A stretch of DNA of 64,000 nucleotides from Candidatus Nanopelagicales bacterium (lineage in GTDB: Bacteria > Actinomycetota > Actinomycetes > S36-B12 > GCA-2699445). The notes under the pieces are model-generated. The model searched no databases. It was not told where the DNA came from and saw only the letters and a list, made by a program, of their open reading frames with translations. This document shows positions 59,583 through 64,000 of this stretch, one piece after another. How positions within the stretch are numbered: position 1 is the stretch's first letter; each line of letters starts with the position of its first letter. The position numbers were made by a program, and so were the translations under genes. The stretch covers positions 11,160-75,159 of the forward strand of contig JAXLSJ010000005.1 in the NCBI GenBank assembly GCA_046330625.1, written 5' to 3'.

Positions 59583-60292
59583 GGCACCTGCTGGTGCTGG
59601 GGGACTCGCTGGCATTCCACGGTCCGGTCCGGGCGGAACCGCCCCAGCATCCCGACCTGTTCCCGTCGGTGTGCGCCGCCGCCCTGGGGCCCGATGTCCG
59701 GGTCGACCTGGTCGCCCGCAGGGGCTGGACCGCCCGCGACGGGTGGTGGTCGCTCACCAAGGATCCGGTGGTGTGGGGCACGTACCTGCCCCGCGCATCG
59801 GCGGTGGTGCTCGCGCAGGGGGGATTCGATCAACTCCCCGCGGCGCTGCCCACATGGCTGCGTGACTCCATGCCGTACGTCCGCCCCGGCCCACTGCGGC
59901 GGCGGGTGCGCGAGATGTACCACCGGGCGTCGCCGACGGTGATCCGACTCAGTGACGGCCGGCTCCAGCAACTCCCGCCCCGGGCGACCTCCCACTACCA
60001 CGGACGCATCCTGTCGGGGATCCGCACCCTGCGCCCCGACCTCCCCTTCGCGCGGTTGCTGCCGTCTCCCTGGCACAGCCGGCTGTACCCGGTCCAACGG
60101 TCCCACGCGCCCGCGGTGGCCGAGGCGCGCCGGTGGTGCGAGACGCACGGCGTCCCCGCCGTGGACACCGACGCGCTGGTGGACACCCGCACCAACAACC
60201 CCGACGGCCTGCACTGGGGGTGGGACAGTCACGCCCGGGTCGGGACTGCCACGGCTGCGGCCCTGCGCACTGCCGGCTGGGGGTCCGCGTGA
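59579..60292 (+). CDS. SGNH/GDSL hydrolase family protein
   Basis: It overlaps the upstream stop (ATGA). Block I is LVLGDSLAF and block V is DGLHW. Confidence 0.7.
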   Translation: MRHLLVLGDSLAFHGPVRAEPPQHPDLFPSVCAAALGPDVRVDLVARRGWTARDGWWSLTKDPVVWGTYLPRASAVVLAQGGFDQLPAALPTWLRDSMPYVRPGPLRRRVREMYHRASPTVIRLSDGRLQQLPPRATSHYHGRILSGIRTLRPDLPFARLLPSPWHSRLYPVQRSHAPAVAEARRWCETHGVPAVDTDALVDTRTNNPDGLHWGWDSHARVGTATAAALRTAGWGSA

Positions 60293-60924
60293 ACGCCGTG
60301 ACCTGGGTCTGCCTGGCCGTGGCCGGGGCGGCGGCCGGGGTCGACTGGTGGTCGGTGGTCCGGGAGCGCCGTTCCGTCGAATACGTGGCGAAACCGCTCG
60401 TGCTGGTCGCGCTCATCGCGGCGGCGCTGGTGCTCGTGCCCGCCGACGGTGGCGTTCGCGTGGCCATGGTCGTCGGTCTGGGATTCGGGCTGATCGGCGA
60501 CGTGTTCCTCATGCTCGACCGGTTCATCCCCGGCGCCGCGGCGTTCCTGGTGGGCCACATCGCCTACCTGGTCGCGTTCGTGCAGGTGCCGTTGACCGGC
60601 TCGTGGCTCTTCGGTGGCGCCGTGATCCTCGGGTTGTTGCTGTCGCTGGTGGCGCGGCCGGTGATCACGGGTGCCCTGGGCCGCTCGTCGGTCCTCGGCG
60701 GCATCGTGATCGCCTACCTCGTGGCGCTGGGCGCGGTGTTGGTCCTGGGGGTCGGCACCGGCAACCTGTGGGCCGCGGCCGGCGTGATCCTGTTCGCCGT
60801 GTCGGACTCGCTGCTCGCCCTGGGGCGGTTCGCCGGCCGGGCCCCGGGTGGTCGGGTCATGGTGCACGTGACCTATCACGTGGCGCAGGCGCTGTTGGTG
60901 CTCTCGCTGCCGACCCTCGGCTGA
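60289..60924 (+). CDS. lysoplasmalogenase (YhhN/TMEM86 family) membrane protein
   Basis: The GTG at 60289 overlaps the upstream stop (GTGA). It is polytopic, with YhhN-type motifs GLIGDVFLM and FAVSDSLLAL. Confidence 0.75.
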   Translation: MNAVTWVCLAVAGAAAGVDWWSVVRERRSVEYVAKPLVLVALIAAALVLVPADGGVRVAMVVGLGFGLIGDVFLMLDRFIPGAAAFLVGHIAYLVAFVQVPLTGSWLFGGAVILGLLLSLVARPVITGALGRSSVLGGIVIAYLVALGAVLVLGVGTGNLWAAAGVILFAVSDSLLALGRFAGRAPGGRVMVHVTYHVAQALLVLSLPTLG

Positions 60925-60986
60925 CCATCCCCGGGTCCCACTCTCGTTACCATGGGTCGATCCCCTGGAACTGGTGAGGAACCCGC

Positions 60987-63452
60987 ATGGACGCGACCGC
61001 CGACGGCTACGACCCGGAGCAGCTGCAGCGCACCTGGCTGCCGGTCTGGGACGACCTCCAGCCGTTCCGCTCGGGCGATCCCGCCGACCAGCGGCCGAAG
61101 AAGTACGTGCTCGACATGTTCCCCTACCCCTCGGGCGACCTGCACATGGGCCACGCCGAGGCGTACGCGCTCGGCGACGTCCTGGCCCGGTACTGGGTGC
61201 AGCAGGGTTTCAATGTCATGCACCCCATCGGCTGGGACGCCTTCGGCCTGCCGGCGGAGAACGCCGCGATCAAGCGGGGTGTCGATCCGATGGGGTGGAC
61301 CTACGAGAACATCGAGCAGCAGAAGGCGTCGATGCGCCGATATGCGTGCTCGTTCGACTGGGACCGGGTGCTCAACACGTGCGACCCGGAGTACTACCAC
61401 TGGAACCAGTGGCTGTTCCTCCGGATGTTCGAGCGGGGGTTGGCGTACCGCAAGGACTCACAGGTCAACTGGTGCCCCAACGATCAGACCGTTCTGGCGA
61501 ACGAGCAGGTGGTCGACGGCCGCTGCGAACGCTGCGACGCACTGGTCACCAAGAAGAAGCTGACGCAGTGGTACCTGCGGATCACCGAGTACGCCGACCG
61601 GTTGCTGGCAGACATGCAGCAGCTCGAGGGCCAGTGGCCCGAGAAGGTGCTGCTCATGCAGCGCAACTGGATCGGACGTTCGACCGGCGCCGAGGTCGAG
61701 TTCGTGATCGAAGGTCGCGACGACCCGGTCACGGTCTACACCACCCGTCCGGACACTCTGTTCGGGGCGACCTTCTTCGTGGTGGCCGCCGACAGCGACC
61801 TGGCCGCCGAACTGGCGGCGGAATCGCCCGCGTCGGCCGAGTTCGCCGAGTACCTCGAGTCGGTCAAGCAGACCAGCGAGATGGATCGGCTGGCCACGGA
61901 CCGCCCCAAGACCGGGGTCTTCCTGCAGCGATTCGCGATCAACCCGGTCAACGGCGAACGGTTGCCGATCTGGGCTTCGGACTACGTGCTCGCCGACTAC
62001 GGCACGGGCGCGATCATGGCCGTCCCGGCGCACGACCAGCGCGACCTGGACTTCGCCCGGGCCTTCGGGCTCCCGGTGACGGTGGTGGTGGCCAGTGACG
62101 AACCCGACCCGGCGGAGTCCGGGGTGGCCACCCCGGGCGACGGGGTGTTGATCAACAGCGGTCCGCTGGACGGCCTGTCCAAAGCCGAGGCGATCGACCG
62201 GATCATCGAGGTCCTGGCCGAGCGGGGCACCGGGCGGGCGGCCGTGAACTATCGGCTGCGCGACTGGCTGATCTCCCGCCAGCGCTACTGGGGGACCCCG
62301 ATCCCGATCATCCATTGCCCGTCGTGCGGCGAGGTCCCGGTGCCGGACTCGGAGTTGCCGGTGCGGCTGCCGGCCGCCGAGGGTCTGGACCTCACCCCGA
62401 AAGGCAGTTCCCCGCTCGGTGCGGCGAGCGCGTGGCGCGACGTCGCGTGCCCGAAGTGCGGCGGTGCCGCACAGCGCGACCCGGACACGATGGACACCTT
62501 CGTGGACTCGTCGTGGTACTTCCTGCGCTACCTCGACCCCCACGACAGTGCCCGGCCCTTCGACCCCGAGCTGGCGCGGCAGTGGATGCCCGTCGACCAG
62601 TACGTAGGTGGGGTGACGCATGCGATCCTCCATCTGCTGTATGCGCGGTTCTTCACGAAGGTGCTGTTCGATCTCGACCTGGTCGACTTCACCGAGCCGT
62701 TCACGCGGCTGCTGAACCAGGGCATGGTGCTCATGGACGGCGCGGCCATGTCCAAGTCGCGCGGGAACCTGGTGCGCCTGTCCGACGAGTTGTCGGAGAA
62801 CGGCGTCGACGCGGTGCGGTTGAGCATGGTGTTCGCCGGTCCCCCCGAGGACGACATCGACTGGGCCGACGTGTCACCGACGGGGGCGAAGCGGTTCCTG
62901 GCCCGGGCCTGGCGCGTGGCTCGCGACGTCATCAGTCCGCCGGCGACCGACCCCGCGGCCGGCGATCGCGCTGTCCGGCAAGCCACCCACCGTGCGGTGT
63001 CCGATGCGCAGACGGCCGTCGAATCGTTCCGGTTCAACGTGGCGGTGGCCCGGACCATGGAACTGGTCAACGTGTTGCGCAAGGCCATCGACTCCGGAGC
63101 TGGTGCGGCGGATCCCGCGGTGCGCGAAGGCGCCGAGGCAGTCGCGATCATGCTGTCGCTCGTCGCGCCCTACACCGCCGAGGACATGTGGGCGGCGCTG
63201 GGCCACGAGCCGAGTGTGGCCCGGGCCGGATGGCCGTCGGTGGATCCTGCGCTGGTGGTCGCGGACACGGTGACCTGTGTGGTCCAGATCGCCGGCAAGG
63301 TGCGCGAACGTCTCGAGGTGGCGCCGGACATAACCGAAGCCGAACTGCGCGAGCTCGCCTTGAGTACCGCTGCGGTCGGGTCAGCGTTGGGGGGCGCGGA
63401 ACCTCGACGGGTGATCGTGCGCGCCCCGAAACTGGTCAACGTCGTGCCCTGA
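60987..63452 (+). CDS. leuS: leucine--tRNA ligase
   Basis: An 821-aa ORF with HMGH (HIGH) and a KMSKS-type motif (AMSKSRGN), plus a CP1 editing domain. Confidence 0.95.
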   Translation: MDATADGYDPEQLQRTWLPVWDDLQPFRSGDPADQRPKKYVLDMFPYPSGDLHMGHAEAYALGDVLARYWVQQGFNVMHPIGWDAFGLPAENAAIKRGVDPMGWTYENIEQQKASMRRYACSFDWDRVLNTCDPEYYHWNQWLFLRMFERGLAYRKDSQVNWCPNDQTVLANEQVVDGRCERCDALVTKKKLTQWYLRITEYADRLLADMQQLEGQWPEKVLLMQRNWIGRSTGAEVEFVIEGRDDPVTVYTTRPDTLFGATFFVVAADSDLAAELAAESPASAEFAEYLESVKQTSEMDRLATDRPKTGVFLQRFAINPVNGERLPIWASDYVLADYGTGAIMAVPAHDQRDLDFARAFGLPVTVVVASDEPDPAESGVATPGDGVLINSGPLDGLSKAEAIDRIIEVLAERGTGRAAVNYRLRDWLISRQRYWGTPIPIIHCPSCGEVPVPDSELPVRLPAAEGLDLTPKGSSPLGAASAWRDVACPKCGGAAQRDPDTMDTFVDSSWYFLRYLDPHDSARPFDPELARQWMPVDQYVGGVTHAILHLLYARFFTKVLFDLDLVDFTEPFTRLLNQGMVLMDGAAMSKSRGNLVRLSDELSENGVDAVRLSMVFAGPPEDDIDWADVSPTGAKRFLARAWRVARDVISPPATDPAAGDRAVRQATHRAVSDAQTAVESFRFNVAVARTMELVNVLRKAIDSGAGAADPAVREGAEAVAIMLSLVAPYTAEDMWAALGHEPSVARAGWPSVDPALVVADTVTCVVQIAGKVRERLEVAPDITEAELRELALSTAAVGSALGGAEPRRVIVRAPKLVNVVP

Positions 63453-63681
63453 CGTGCCCCACGACCTGCGGAAAATCACTCGAATTCGCCCCATTCCGTC
63501 GAGTCCTCATCACCCTGAGCCCGCATCCACCCACGCCGCGTGGTGAGGGCGGGCAAGGGGGGAACGTGCCACGTCCTCGCTTGGTGTGCGAATCCTGTGC
63601 GAGGCCGAACATTCTCCTGCCGTGTGCCCACCCAGTCCGTACATTGCGCCGTGAGTTGATCGCACCATCGAGGGAGCAGCC

Positions 63682-64000
63682 ATGAGCTTTCAGCGCAACG
63701 TCGTCCGCAAGGGCGGGGCCGGATACGAACACACGCGTCGATACACGGCGTTCTCCGAGCGGGTGCCGGAGCGCTATCCGGAGGTCATCGTCGAGGTCCG
63801 CGACGTCGACGATGTCGTCGCCGCGATCAACATCGCCAAGGACGAGGACCGCAAGATCTCGGTCCGGTCCGGGGGCCACCACTGGAACGCGAGCCACCTG
63901 CGCGACGGGGCCGTGCTGATCGACATGCACAACATGACCGACTACGCGGTCGACACCGACGCCATGACGGCGTGGGCGGAACCCGGGCTCCGCGGGTCGG
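63682..64000 (+). CDS. FAD-binding (PCMH-type, FAD_binding_4) oxidoreductase, 5' part only
   Basis: The ATG at 63682 follows GAGGGAG. MSFQRNVVRKGGAGYEH...EVIVEVRDVDDVVAAINIAKDEDRKISVRSGGHHWNASHLRDGAVLIDMHNM is typical of the FAD-binding domain. The ORF runs off the window edge, so it is not in the ORF track. Confidence 0.7.
   Translation, partial: MSFQRNVVRKGGAGYEHTRRYTAFSERVPERYPEVIVEVRDVDDVVAAINIAKDEDRKISVRSGGHHWNASHLRDGAVLIDMHNMTDYAVDTDAMTAWAEPGLRGS

Noticed and set aside
63453-63681. 229-nt lower-GC spacer after leuS as a possible riboswitch or ncRNA
   Set aside because: I could see only short generic hairpins (for example CCTCGC-N18-GCGAGG) and no match to any riboswitch or sRNA core I know. 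It is most simply the promoter and leader of the downstream FAD oxidoreductase gene.

Overview
High-GC (about 70%) actinobacterial chromosomal core segment, densely coding, with many 4-nt ATGA/GTGA stop-start overlaps. The gene order is the conserved actinobacterial backbone. On the plus strand it runs tRNA-Pro, tig, clpP1, clpP2, clpX. valS lies on the minus strand. The plus strand then continues folC, DUF4233, ndk, mreB, mreC, mreD, PBP2, rodA, a radical-SAM pair, rne, rplU, rpmA, obg, proB, proA, nadD, rsfS, tRNA-Ala and leuS. The left third (minus strand) carries a PotABCD-like ABC importer, MscS, prolyl oligopeptidase, pepN, LtrA, a patatin-like lipase, and an SDR/truncated-hemoglobin pair. 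Two genes run off the window edges and so are missing from the supplied ORF track: a DUF222/HNH nuclease at 1-1257 (minus) and an FAD-binding oxidoreductase at 63682-64000 (plus). I found no complete, recognisable defence, mobile or CRISPR system. The most unusual locus is 43.48-44.10 kb. There rodA is cut off inside its conserved PLPF-SYGG motif and abuts, head-on, the first 22 codons and RBS of a DNA adenine methyltransferase gene. A tandem array of a REP-like palindromic element, also dispersed elsewhere in the window, follows. Together this looks like a deletion or recombination scar. Other items worth a second look:
- a 2-oxoacid:ferredoxin oxidoreductase cluster whose delta subunit is fused to a GltD-like NAD(P)H flavoprotein, inserted between valS and folC;
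- the function-unknown radical SAM pair (TIGR03960-like plus TIGR03936-like) upstream of rne;
- a perfect LexA SOS box in front of the HNH gene;
- an 819-aa acidic, proline-rich single-pass membrane protein with 30-nt tandem repeats;
- a frameshifted LacI regulator;
- a disrupted C-terminus of the ABC substrate-binding protein;
- an unlisted 56-aa membrane ORF;
- a C6/G6 nested hairpin upstream of rplU.
Most long ORFs in the track that lie antisense to these genes are high-GC artefacts.
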